Below, in pieces: positions 51,055 through 64,000 of a stretch of DNA of 64,000 nucleotides. The DNA is taken from NCBI GenBank assembly GCA_016200205.1, contig JACQFF010000070.1, positions 10,692 to 74,691 on the forward strand, written 5' to 3'. This DNA is from Planctomycetia bacterium (GTDB taxonomy: Bacteria; Planctomycetota; Planctomycetia; Pirellulales; PALSA-1355). How positions within the stretch are numbered: the stretch's first letter is position 1; each line of letters opens with the position of its first letter. Under the pieces are notes generated by a model. That model saw only the letters and a list, made by a program, of their open reading frames with translations, was not told the origin of the DNA and made no database searches. The position numbers were made by a program, and so were the translations under genes.

Positions 51055-51621
51055 ATGAGCAAACTCGTCAAAGACCTTGTTACCGATCAATTGAAGCGCG
51101 AGCTGGCCGACGTGCAGGATCTGCTGCTGGTCAACGTCGTGGGCCTCTCCGCCAACCGCACCAGCGCGCTGCGCAGAGCGCTGCGGCAGAAGAATATCAA
51201 GCTGATGGTGGTCAAAAACAGCCTGGCCCGCCGGGCGACCGAAGGCACCCAACTGGCGGCGGCCTTCGAGGGCTCGCAGGGCACGCTGGCGATGGTCTGG
51301 GGGGCTTCGGACGTCGTGGCTTTGGCCAAGGAAGTCGTCAAGCTGGCGGCCGACAAGGAGTTTGCCCCGTTCGAGCCGCGCGGCGGCGTGATGGGAGGCG
51401 CCCGGCTGGAGCCGGAAGAAGTCGCACAAGTGAGCAAGTGGCCCAGCCGCCAAGAGCAACTGAGCATGCTGGTGGGCCAAATTCTCTCGCCGGGTGCCCG
51501 ATTGGCCAGCCAACTCATCGCCGCCGGCGGTGCCTTGGCCAGCCAAATCAAGCAGCACGCAGAGAGTGGGGAGGAAGGAGCGGCCGGCGACGCGCCAACG
51601 GAGGAAGCGGTCAGCGCCTGA
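51055..51621 (+). CDS. rplJ: 50S ribosomal protein L10
   Basis: Internal ATG of ORF 50659..51621. [61 protein letters not shown] is the typical L10 N-terminus. Position between rplA and rplL. Confidence 0.9.
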   Translation: MSKLVKDLVTDQLKRELADVQDLLLVNVVGLSANRTSALRRALRQKNIKLMVVKNSLARRATEGTQLAAAFEGSQGTLAMVWGASDVVALAKEVVKLAADKEFAPFEPRGGVMGGARLEPEEVAQVSKWPSRQEQLSMLVGQILSPGARLASQLIAAGGALASQIKQHAESGEEGAAGDAPTEEAVSA

Positions 51622-51766
51622 ATTTAACCGCGGCACTTGTGCCGCACTTGCTACGACATTAGGAGCCCCGGGGGTTGTCTCCGGGCATAAAATAAAGATC
51701 GACCCCGTTGCCGGACGTTTCGGGATTTCTCGACGTGCCGGCCAAGTGAGAAAGGAAAGAACTGCG

Positions 51767-52183
51767 ATGGCAACTGACGTGGCAAAGAGCGAGTTTTCCG
51801 CCGGTGCGAAGGAACTCGGCGACAAGATTGTCGGCCTCACGCTGAAGCAGGCCAAGGAGCTGAGCGACTACCTCGAGGAAGTCCACGGCATCAAGCCGGC
51901 CGCCGGTGGCGGCGCGATCGTGATGGCGGCACCGGCCGACGGCGGCGCCGGCGCGGCGGTCAAGGAAGAACAATCCGAATTCGACGTCGTCCTGGAAGCG
52001 TTCGGCGATAAGAAAATCGGCGTGATCAAAGTGGTGCGCGCGATCACGAGCCTGGGCCTGAAGGAAGCCAAGGACCTGGTGGAAGGCGTCCCGAGCAAGG
52101 TCAAAGAGGGCGTGTCCAAGGAAGAGGCCGCCAAGATCAAGAAAGAGCTCGAAGAGGCCGGCGCCACGGTTTCGATCAAGTAG
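51767..52183 (+). CDS. rplL: 50S ribosomal protein L7/L12
   Basis: Internal ATG of ORF 51494..52183. Ala/Gly hinge, then [62 protein letters not shown]. Confidence 0.95.
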   Translation: MATDVAKSEFSAGAKELGDKIVGLTLKQAKELSDYLEEVHGIKPAAGGGAIVMAAPADGGAGAAVKEEQSEFDVVLEAFGDKKIGVIKVVRAITSLGLKEAKDLVEGVPSKVKEGVSKEEAAKIKKELEEAGATVSIK

Positions 52184-52399
52184 TTTCGAACAAGTAGTGA
52201 CCCGCTATTTCGCTTCTCTAAAGCGCGGCATGCCAGGAGAGTGGGCTTTGGCAGACTGCGCGGACAGAAAACCGCTTGACCCGATTCGTTTTCTCTCGCA
52301 GCGTGATGGGTTTTGGTTGTGCGCTTGCGATGCGCGCTCCCGCTGAGCCCCGCGCCTGCTCGTTCGTCTAGCAATCCAGTAATCGATTAGGAGCAATTC

Positions 52400-55300
52400 A
52401 TGGCGACATCAGCAGAACGGCGTCTTCGTCCAAAGGAAGTCCGTCGCTTCGGCAGCTTGCGCGCTCCGCATTCCATTCCTGATCTGACTGAAATTCAAAC
52501 TCGCAGTTACGAAGCGTTCTTGCAGTATGACGTGTCGCCCACGAGGCGCACCGATCAAGGCATTGAGGGCGTGCTGCGCGAAATCTTTCCGATCGAGAGC
52601 TACGACAAGACGCTGCGGCTGGAGTATATCCGCTACGAGCTGGGCAAACCCCGCTACGAGCCCCACGAATGCCGGCAGTTGCGGCTTACCTATGGCCGGC
52701 CGTTCCGCGTCTGGCTGCGGCTGACGAAAGAACAGCCGATCGAAGAAGAGGTTTACCTGGGCGACATGCCGATCATGCTCGGCGGCGGCGAGTTTATCAT
52801 CAACGGCGCCGAGCGCGTGGTGGTCAGCCAGTTGCACCGCAGCCCCGGCGTGGACTTCGTCAGCGAACTGGAAGCCGGCGACCGCCGCTTGCACAGTTGC
52901 CGCATCATTCCCGAGCGCGGTAGTTGGATCGAGCTGAACACCAGCAAGAAAGAAACGCTCAGCGTGCGAATCGACCAGAGCGGCAAGTTCTCGGCGATGA
53001 CCCTGTTGCGGGCCATGGATCCCAAATACAGTCTCAATGCCGAGCTGATCCGCGTGTTCTACGACACCTCGACCGAAAAAGTCGTCGATGGCCGCAGCGT
53101 CGCCAAAATCGAAGGCAAAATCGCCGTCGATGACGTCGTCTATCCCGCTTCCAGCGACAAGGCCGGAGAGGTCATCATCGAGGGCGGACAAAAGATTACC
53201 AAGAACGTCGCCGAGTTGATCTGCACCTCCGGCTTGAGCTCGGTCGAAGTCATGACCGACCCGAAAGTGCCCTTGATCTTCAACAGCCTGGGCGAAGACA
53301 CCACCTCGAGCCACGAAGAAGCCCTGCTGCGGATCTACCAGCGCTTGCGGCCGGGTAATCCGCCGCAGTTGGAAAAAGCCCGGGCCCTGTTCCACGAAAA
53401 ATTCTTCGACACCAACCGCTATCGTCTGGGCAAAGTCGGCCGGTTCCGCATCAATCGCAAGCTCAGGCTCAACGTGCCCGAAAACGAAATGACGTTGCGG
53501 CCCGAGGACCTGATCGCGGCCATCCGGTATCTGCTCAAGTTGACCAGCGGCGACCCGGACGTGGAAATCGACGATATCGACCACTTGGGCAACCGCCGCT
53601 TGCGGACGATCGACGAGCTGGCGTGCGACGAACTGCGCAAGGGCTTTTTGAAGCTCCGCCGCACCGTGCAGGAACGGATGAGCCTCAAGGACGTCGAGGA
53701 CATGACTCCGCGGAGCCTGATCAATCCGAAGAGCATTTCGGCGGCGATCGAATACTTCTTCGGCCGCGGCGAGCTTTCGCAGGTCGTGGACCAGACTAAC
53801 CCACTCTCGATGCTCACGCACGAGCGCCGCTTGTCGGCCTTGGGTCCGGGCGGATTGAATCGCAAGCGGGCCGGCTTCGAAGTTCGCGACGTGCATATCT
53901 CGCACTACGGCCGCATTTGCCCCATCGAGACTCCGGAAGGCACCAATATCGGTTTGATCTCCAGCCTGGCGATCTATTCGGCCGTCGACGAGTACGGGTT
54001 CCTGGTGACTCCCTATCGCAAAGTGAGCAACGGCAAGTTGAGCGATGAGGTCGTGTGGTTGCGGGCCGATGAGGAAAGCGAAGCCTATTTGGCTCCGGCC
54101 GATGCTCCGGTGGAACACGGCAAGCTCAAGGGCGACACGATCATTGCCCGCTACCATTCCGACTTCGAAATGGTACCGATCGAGAAAGTGCAGTATATCG
54201 ACGTGGCGCCGAGCCAGATGGTCGGCGTTTCGGCCGGTCTGATTCCGTTCTTGGAACACGACGACGCCAACCGCGCGCTGATGGGCTCCAACATGCAGCG
54301 GCAAGCCGTGCCGCTGTTGGTCAACGAGCCGCCGATCGTGGCCACCGGCATGGAACGCGACGTGGCGCAAAACTCGGGCATGATCGTGCGGGCCCGGCGC
54401 AAGGGCACCGTCTCGTACGTCGACTCGACGCGAATCGAGATCGGCAACGAAGTCTACAGCTTGCGCAAGTTCGTGGGGCTCAACGAGCGCACCTGCCAGA
54501 ACCAAAAGCCCATCGTGCAAATCGGCCAGAAAGTCGAAAAGGGCGAGGCGATTGCCGACGGCGCCGCCACTTTCAAAGGGGAGTTGGCCCTGGGCCGAAA
54601 CGTGCTGGTCGGCTTCATGGTTTGGGACGGGTTTAACTTCGAAGACGCCATCATCATCAGCGAAGAACTCGTCAAAGACGATACCTACACCTCGATTCAC
54701 ATCGAGGAGTTCGACATCGAAATCCGCGAGACCAAGCTGGGCCGCGAAGAGTTCACCCGCGACATTCCCAACGTCAGCGAAAAGGCCCTGCGGAACCTCG
54801 ACGAAAACGGGATCGTCCGCATCGGCACGTTTGTCCGCCCCGGCGACATACTGGTCGGCAAGGTTTCGCCGAAGTCGAAAACCGAGCTGACGCCCGAAGA
54901 AAAACTGTTGCACGCCATCTTTGGCCGGGCTGGCGAAGACGTGAAGAACGATTCGCTCGACGTTCCCTCGGGCGTGGAAGGCATCGTGATCGACACGCAG
55001 AAGTTCTCGCGTCGCTTGAGTCTCTCGGAAGAGGAACGCAAGGTCTTCGAAAAGGTCCTCAAAGAGGCCGAAGCCGAAGGCGCGGCCAAGATCGCGGCGG
55101 CGTTTTCCGCCATGGTCGCGGAAATGGAAAGCGTGCTGCAGCGGCCGTTGACTGATGACGAAGGCACGCCGATGGTCCGCGACCAGGAACCGAAGTACGT
55201 GGCCGAACAGGCCCAACGGTTCAAGCTCGACGCCATCGACATCCGCAGCCCGCAACGCAAAGCGGACGTGGAGAAGATTCATAAGGCGCAGTGGCCGATC

Positions 55301-56110
55301 GTCGAGCAGGCGATGGACGATCGCGACCGCAAGCTGAACTCGATGAAGCGCGGCGACGAACTGCGCAGCGGCGTGTTGCAGATGGTGAAGGTCTACATCG
55401 CCGCCAAGCGGGTCATTTCCGTGGGCGATAAGATGGCCGGCCGCCACGGCAACAAGGGTGTGATCGCCAAGATTCTGCCGCAAGAAGACATGCCGTTTTT
55501 GGCCGACGGCACGCCGCTGCAGATCCTGCTCAATCCGCTGGGCGTTCCCAGTCGTATGAACGTGGGCCAGATTCTGGAGACGCACTTGGGTTGGGCCGGC
55601 GCGAAACTGGGCTTCCAAGCCATCACGCCGGTGTTCGACGGGGCCACGGAAAAGACGATTCAAGAGGCCCTCACCGAAGCCCAATTGCCGACCCACGGAA
55701 AGGCACAGCTTTTCGACGGCCGCACCGGCGAGCCGTTCGAGCAGGAAACCACGGTGGGTTACATCTACATGCTGAAGTTGCACCACCTGGTCGATGACAA
55801 GGTCCACGCCCGTTCGACCGGGCCGTATTCGCTGATTACGCAGCAGCCGTTGGGCGGTAAGGCCCGCTTCGGCGGTCAGCGGTTTGGGGAAATGGAAGTC
55901 TGGGCTTTGGAGGCCTATGGCGCCGCCTACATTTTGCAGGAGTTGCTCACCGTCAAGAGCGACGACGTGGAAGGGCGCACGAAGATTTACGAGTCGATGG
56001 TCAAGGGCGAAAACACACTGGAAGCCGGCACCCCGGCCAGCTTCGACGTGTTGACCAACGAAATCCGCGGTCTGGGTCTCAATATGCAGTTAGAAAAACG
56101 CCGCGTCTGA
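52400..56110 (+). CDS. rpoB: DNA-directed RNA polymerase subunit beta
   Basis: 1236 aa. Rif-cluster [66 protein letters not shown], and [20 protein letters not shown] lies upstream of the ATG. Confidence 0.98.
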   Translation: MATSAERRLRPKEVRRFGSLRAPHSIPDLTEIQTRSYEAFLQYDVSPTRRTDQGIEGVLREIFPIESYDKTLRLEYIRYELGKPRYEPHECRQLRLTYGRPFRVWLRLTKEQPIEEEVYLGDMPIMLGGGEFIINGAERVVVSQLHRSPGVDFVSELEAGDRRLHSCRIIPERGSWIELNTSKKETLSVRIDQSGKFSAMTLLRAMDPKYSLNAELIRVFYDTSTEKVVDGRSVAKIEGKIAVDDVVYPASSDKAGEVIIEGGQKITKNVAELICTSGLSSVEVMTDPKVPLIFNSLGEDTTSSHEEALLRIYQRLRPGNPPQLEKARALFHEKFFDTNRYRLGKVGRFRINRKLRLNVPENEMTLRPEDLIAAIRYLLKLTSGDPDVEIDDIDHLGNRRLRTIDELACDELRKGFLKLRRTVQERMSLKDVEDMTPRSLINPKSISAAIEYFFGRGELSQVVDQTNPLSMLTHERRLSALGPGGLNRKRAGFEVRDVHISHYGRICPIETPEGTNIGLISSLAIYSAVDEYGFLVTPYRKVSNGKLSDEVVWLRADEESEAYLAPADAPVEHGKLKGDTIIARYHSDFEMVPIEKVQYIDVAPSQMVGVSAGLIPFLEHDDANRALMGSNMQRQAVPLLVNEPPIVATGMERDVAQNSGMIVRARRKGTVSYVDSTRIEIGNEVYSLRKFVGLNERTCQNQKPIVQIGQKVEKGEAIADGAATFKGELALGRNVLVGFMVWDGFNFEDAIIISEELVKDDTYTSIHIEEFDIEIRETKLGREEFTRDIPNVSEKALRNLDENGIVRIGTFVRPGDILVGKVSPKSKTELTPEEKLLHAIFGRAGEDVKNDSLDVPSGVEGIVIDTQKFSRRLSLSEEERKVFEKVLKEAEAEGAAKIAAAFSAMVAEMESVLQRPLTDDEGTPMVRDQEPKYVAEQAQRFKLDAIDIRSPQRKADVEKIHKAQWPIVEQAMDDRDRKLNSMKRGDELRSGVLQMVKVYIAAKRVISVGDKMAGRHGNKGVIAKILPQEDMPFLADGTPLQILLNPLGVPSRMNVGQILETHLGWAGAKLGFQAITPVFDGATEKTIQEALTEAQLPTHGKAQLFDGRTGEPFEQETTVGYIYMLKLHHLVDDKVHARSTGPYSLITQQPLGGKARFGGQRFGEMEVWALEAYGAAYILQELLTVKSDDVEGRTKIYESMVKGENTLEAGTPASFDVLTNEIRGLGLNMQLEKRRV

Positions 56111-56193
56111 GCCTCATCGTGTGCGGCGCGTAACATTTTGACGCCGCTCGTGGGATTCTGGCACAGCATGGCATTTTGATAGGAGGGTGAACA

Positions 56194-60528
<4,335 letters not shown>

Positions 60529-60572
60529 ACAAGGATAATCGATCGACACGTCGACAACTTGCGAACAGTGCC

Positions 60573-61043
60573 ATGCCAGCCGAGCCTGATTTCCATCAGC
60601 GGAAGCACCCTCTGCATGGAGTACTTCAGGTCGAAAGTCAGCCGACAATTGTTTTCGATACGGTGTGCACGAAAGATCGGCAGCGCTGGCTTGCGTGTGA
60701 CGCGGTGCACGAACTCCTTCGCGAGGTATGGCGTGACGCCAGAGTTTGGCGACTTGGCCGCTATGTCGTGATGCCTGATCATATTCATTTCTTTGCTGGC
60801 GCCACGCAGTCTTCGACCGAGTACGACGCGTGGGTGAAGTTTTGGAAATCGCAATTCTCGAAGCGATTCAAACACTCGGCTTGCCGCTGGCAAACGGACC
60901 ATTGGGATACGCGAATACGCAATGCCGCGGCTTATGAAGAAAAGTGGCTTTATGTGCGGAATAATCCGGTACGCCACGGCCTTGTGTCGCGTCCGGAAGA
61001 TTGGCCGTATTCCGGCGAGTTACACGCGCTGCGATGGGAGTAA
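60573..61043 (+). CDS. IS200-like / REP-associated tyrosine transposase (RAYT)-type HUH Y1 protein
   Basis: 156 aa. HUH motif in YVVMPDHIHFF and catalytic-Tyr helix EEKWLYVRNNPVRHGLV. The size and motif spacing fit the Y1_Tnp family. Third-codon positions are visibly more A/T-rich than in the flanking rpoC and rpsL. Confidence 0.8.
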   Translation: MPAEPDFHQRKHPLHGVLQVESQPTIVFDTVCTKDRQRWLACDAVHELLREVWRDARVWRLGRYVVMPDHIHFFAGATQSSTEYDAWVKFWKSQFSKRFKHSACRWQTDHWDTRIRNAAAYEEKWLYVRNNPVRHGLVSRPEDWPYSGELHALRWE

Positions 61044-61102
61044 TCCGGTGCCTTGTCGCGATCCATGGCGTTCCAAGTCGCCGCAAAGATCCGCAATGCG
61101 CC

Positions 61103-61177
61103 CGGGAGGGCGAGGCTCCCGCCGAGCCGTGGTGCATGGATGACCGTCGTCGGCTCGGCGGGAGCCTCGCCCTCCCG
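61103..61177. repeat. 27-bp perfect GC-rich inverted repeat (REP-like hairpin), 21-nt loop
   Basis: CGGGAGGGCGAGGCTCCCGCCGAGCCG (61103-61129) and its exact reverse complement at 61151-61177, 60 nt downstream of the Y1 transposase-like gene. Confidence 0.9.
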
Positions 61178-61244
61178 AGCCGGCACCTCTGAAATCGATT
61201 AACCCTTGGATCGTGGCTTAAGAGTGTGGTGGTCGGGCCGGGCA

Positions 61245-61565
61245 TCACAGGGCTGCGATCCCGCAAAGCGCGGCGATCAAGGCCATGGCAATAAGCATCT
61301 CCACGATGCTGAATTGAAAACTGCGCTTCGGCAGAAAGGCCCGCCGTACCATCCAGGCCCCCGCTAGGATGACGACCGGAGTGGCATAGATGAATTTCCG
61401 GTTCCAGGTTACCTCGAATCCGTGCCATCGGTTCGGGGTTTGTACAACATGAATCGCCTCGGGCAGGTTCCAAACTTGAAACCCAATTAGAAGCAGTCCG
61501 GTGAGAAGCCATTCCCATCTCAAGTGCGGCCATCGCAGCCCGTCGTTTTCGTCGTCTCCGCTCAT
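61245..61565 (-). CDS. small hypothetical membrane protein (3 TM)
   Basis: 106-aa ORF with three hydrophobic segments and many A/T-ending codons, unlike the host core genes. I recognise no family. Confidence 0.35.
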   Translation of the reverse strand: MSGDDENDGLRWPHLRWEWLLTGLLLIGFQVWNLPEAIHVVQTPNRWHGFEVTWNRKFIYATPVVILAGAWMVRRAFLPKRSFQFSIVEMLIAMALIAALCGIAAL

Positions 61566-61676
61566 TTCGGCATTCTAGCAAGTCGGGGCTGCAGGAACGG
61601 GGGCCGGGGAGCGCTCAATATCAACGGCGCTGGCCAGGAAAATTGGGTAGTGATATCTTTTGACGCGTCGTTGTCC

Positions 61677-61704
61677 TTGACACGTTTCGTTGCATCGTTA
61701 AAGT
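61677..61704 (+). promoter_or_regulatory. sigma-70-type promoter candidate for rpsL-rpsG-fusA
   Basis: TTGACA-16 nt-TAAAGT is read directly, ending about 50 nt upstream of the rpsL ATG. Confidence 0.45.
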
Positions 61705-61755
61705 GAGGGATTCATGGGTTCTTGTTCCACCTTTGGGTTAGATAAAGACTGTTCC

Positions 61756-62124
61756 ATGCCGACCATCAATCAGCTTGTGCGCAAGCGGCGGAAGAACCCG
61801 CGGAAATTCAGCAAATCGCCGGTGTTGGATAAATGCCCGCAGCGGCGAGGGGTGTGCTTGCAAGTCAAGACGATGACGCCCAAGAAACCGAATTCCGCCA
61901 TGCGGAAGATCGCGCGCGTGCGGTTGTCCAACGGCAAGGAAGTGACCGTTTATATTCCCGGTGAGGGCCATAGCTTGCAGGAACACTCGATTGTGCTGGT
62001 GCGCGGCGGCCGCGTCCGCGACCTGCCGGGCGTCCGCTATCACATTGTCCGCGGGGCTCTGGACACCTTGGGGGTCGATGGTCGCAAGCAATCGCGCAGC
62101 CTGTACGGGGCCAAGAAGTCGTAG
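61756..62124 (+). CDS. rpsL: 30S ribosomal protein S12
   Basis: ORF 61714..62124 trimmed to [10 protein letters not shown]... Motifs: ..[49 protein letters not shown]... It keeps the same residue numbering as E. coli S12 up to position 96. Confidence 0.97.
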   Translation: MPTINQLVRKRRKNPRKFSKSPVLDKCPQRRGVCLQVKTMTPKKPNSAMRKIARVRLSNGKEVTVYIPGEGHSLQEHSIVLVRGGRVRDLPGVRYHIVRGALDTLGVDGRKQSRSLYGAKKS

Positions 62125-62227
62125 ACGTTCCGTCCCAACAATACAATACCCGGTCGCCAACAACCCCCTGCGACCGCTCGAGAGTTCTCGAACGAGCGCC
62201 ACCTTTCAAATTTCGGAATGAACAGCT

Positions 62228-62698
62228 ATGGGTCGCATTACTTCCAGCCGCAAGCAATTGACGCCGGATCCCCGGCACGACTCGATGCTGGCTAGCAAGT
62301 TCATCAACTGCCTAATGCACGACGGCAAAAAGAGTACCGCCCAAAAGGCGTTTTACGATGCCCTGGATATCGTCCACAGCAAGATTCCGGACGTCGAGCC
62401 GATCGAAGTTTTCACGCAGGCCGTGGAAAACGTCAAGCCGGCGATCGAAGTCCGCTCCAAGCGAGTCGGCGGTGCCGCCTATCAGGTGCCGATGCAGGTG
62501 AATCGGCCGCGTCAGCAGTCGTTGGCCATCCGCTGGATTTTAATGGCTGTCCGCGAGAAGAAGGGACGGGCGACCCACGAGAAACTGGCCGAGGAATTGA
62601 TCGCCGCTTACAAGAAGGAAGGGGTGGCGATGGCCCGACGGGATAACGTGCATCGCATGGCCGATGCCAACAAAGCCTTCGCGCATTTCGCCTGGTAG
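62228..62698 (+). CDS. rpsG: 30S ribosomal protein S7
   Basis: 156 aa. Motifs: ..[23 protein letters not shown].. and ..[15 protein letters not shown]...R...LA.RW...... Confidence 0.97.
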   Translation: MGRITSSRKQLTPDPRHDSMLASKFINCLMHDGKKSTAQKAFYDALDIVHSKIPDVEPIEVFTQAVENVKPAIEVRSKRVGGAAYQVPMQVNRPRQQSLAIRWILMAVREKKGRATHEKLAEELIAAYKKEGVAMARRDNVHRMADANKAFAHFAW

Positions 62699-62911
62699 CC
62701 GTTTCGCCCCCTAAGCGGGCGGGCGACCGGAGAGAAACTTACGCCGCGCCGGGAGCCCGGGGGTTCCAACGCGGCGTTGCTATGCGCTCCGGCGCTCGTC
62801 AGCGTGTCGTTTGCCGGGCGGTCTTGCCCCACGGGTCTAAAAGACACAAAATCACACGAGATCCTGGCTGATTTGTCGGCCTGGAAATTTTCCTCAATTG
62901 CTGGCTTTGTC

Positions 62912-64000
62912 ATGGCACGAACCCTCGAACAGTTGCGCAACATCGGCATTATCGCTCATATCGATGCCGGCAAGACCACGGTCACCGAGCGGATGCTGTA
63001 TTACAGCGGCGTCAGCCATCGGATGGGCGAAGTCGACAAAGGGACCACGGTGACCGATTTCGATCCCGAGGAGCAGCAACGGGGGATCACGATTCGCGCC
63101 GCGTGCGTGACTTTTCCCTGGCGCGATTGCACGGTTAATCTGATCGACACGCCTGGCCACGTCGACTTCACGGCTGAAGTCGAGCGCTCGCTCCGCGTGC
63201 TCGATGGAGGCGTGGTCGTGTTTAGCGCCCGCGAAGGGGTCGAGGCGCAGAGCGAAACGGTCTGGCGGCAGGCCGACAAATATGGCGTGCCGCGTATCGC
63301 GTTCATCAACAAGTTGGATCGCGAGGGGGCCAATTTCGAGGGCACCTTCAACGAAATCCGCGAGCGGCTCGAAGCCAACCCCGTGGCCATCCAGGTTCCC
63401 GCCGGGGCCGGACCACCGCACGTGCAAGAGGCATTCCGCGGCGTCATCGACCTGGTCGAGATGGAGTTTTTGACCTTCACGCCTGAAAGCCTGGGAAAGG
63501 AAATCCGGCGCAGCTCCATTCCCGCGGATCTCCGCGACCTGGCCGAGCTGTGGCGCGGAGAGCTATTGGAGCGGCTGTTCGAATTCTCTAACGAACTGGC
63601 GGAGCTGATGCTGGAAAAGGCGCCGGTCCCGGCGGAGTTGATTCGCCGGGTGCTGCGCGAAGCCACATTGCATCAATTGGTGGTGCCGGTGTTGTGCGGC
63701 TCGGCCTTGGATCACATCGGCATTCAGCCGCTGTTGGATGCGGTCACCTATTATCTGCCCAGCCCGGCCGACAAGCCGCCGGTGGAAGGCGTCAACCCCA
63801 AAAAGCGTGACGCGCAAGAAATCCGCAAGCCCAGCGAGCACGAGCCGTTTTGCGGGCTGGTTTTCAAGATCGACGCCGACAAGCACGGCGATCTGCATTA
63901 CGTCCGCGTTTACTCGGGCGAGTTGAAAGCCAATTCGCGCGTCTACAACCCGGGCAAGGACAAGAAGGAAAACGTCCCGCAGTTGTGGCACATTCAGGCC
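62912..64000 (+). CDS. fusA: translation elongation factor G, N-terminal 363 codons (runs off window)
   Basis: Open frame from ATG 62912 to the window end, so it is not in the ORF track. My translation is MARTLEQLRNIGIIAHIDAGKTTVTERMLYYSG..EEQQRGITI..DTPGHVDFTAEVERSLRVLDG..INKLDREGANF... Confidence 0.95.
   Translation, partial: MARTLEQLRNIGIIAHIDAGKTTVTERMLYYSGVSHRMGEVDKGTTVTDFDPEEQQRGITIRAACVTFPWRDCTVNLIDTPGHVDFTAEVERSLRVLDGGVVVFSAREGVEAQSETVWRQADKYGVPRIAFINKLDREGANFEGTFNEIRERLEANPVAIQVPAGAGPPHVQEAFRGVIDLVEMEFLTFTPESLGKEIRRSSIPADLRDLAELWRGELLERLFEFSNELAELMLEKAPVPAELIRRVLREATLHQLVVPVLCGSALDHIGIQPLLDAVTYYLPSPADKPPVEGVNPKKRDAQEIRKPSEHEPFCGLVFKIDADKHGDLHYVRVYSGELKANSRVYNPGKDKKENVPQLWHIQA

Larger units (their letters stand above)
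60573..61177 (+). mobile_element. RAYT-like gene plus REP-like hairpin unit inserted between rpoC and rpsL
   Basis: Combination of the two features above. No terminal inverted repeats or target duplications were found by eye, so the element boundaries are not defined. Confidence 0.5.

Overview
High-GC chromosomal segment that looks like Planctomycetota, probably Pirellulales-type. The evidence is PSD1/DUF1549/DUF1553 and Tat-signal DUF1501 gene families, long disordered extensions on core proteins, and few Shine-Dalgarno sites. Almost all of it is housekeeping.

Gene content by position:
- 0-8 kb: truncated metallophosphoesterase, a PhoB/PhoR-like two-component pair, a polytopic membrane protein, and uvrA.
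- 8-16 kb: DUF1501, an enolase-superfamily enzyme, creatininase, and a PSD1 + DUF1501 pair.
- 16-23 kb, minus strand: ychF, then a transglutaminase-like / DUF58 / MoxR / PHP cluster.
- 23-31 kb: RNase HII-like protein, sixA, aquaporin, di-haem peroxidase, sufU-sufS, and a disulfide oxidoreductase.
- 31-43 kb, minus strand: FxsA-like protein, TPR protein, an MnmE-like GTPase overlapping coaX, a CarboxypepD_reg repeat protein, obg, rpmA, and three hypotheticals.
- From 43.9 kb: a long sigma-70-family factor, then the classical superoperon tRNA-Thr/Tyr/Gly/Thr-tuf-tRNA-Trp-secE-nusG-rplKAJL-rpoBC, followed by rpsL-rpsG-fusA.

I found no CRISPR array, rRNA, prophage, or convincing multi-gene novel or defence system. 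This is mostly an ordinary core region.

Most noteworthy observations:
1. The rpoC catalytic motif reads NAEIDGD where NADFDGD is expected.
2. A roughly 1.2 kb, lower-GC3 insertion between rpoC and rpsL carries an IS200-like (RAYT-type) HUH/Y1 transposase gene and a 27-bp perfect GC-rich hairpin.
3. The whole nusG-rplK spacer is a heptanucleotide array (AACCRCY)x9 preceded by inverted copies.
4. rpsL naturally carries Arg at the classical K88 streptomycin-resistance position.
5. The Obg G4 motif is TKAE instead of NKxD.
6. The sigma factor has a roughly 330-aa N-terminal extension with HTH-like modules.

Many long ORFs in the track are antisense shadow ORFs typical of high-GC DNA, and I rejected them.
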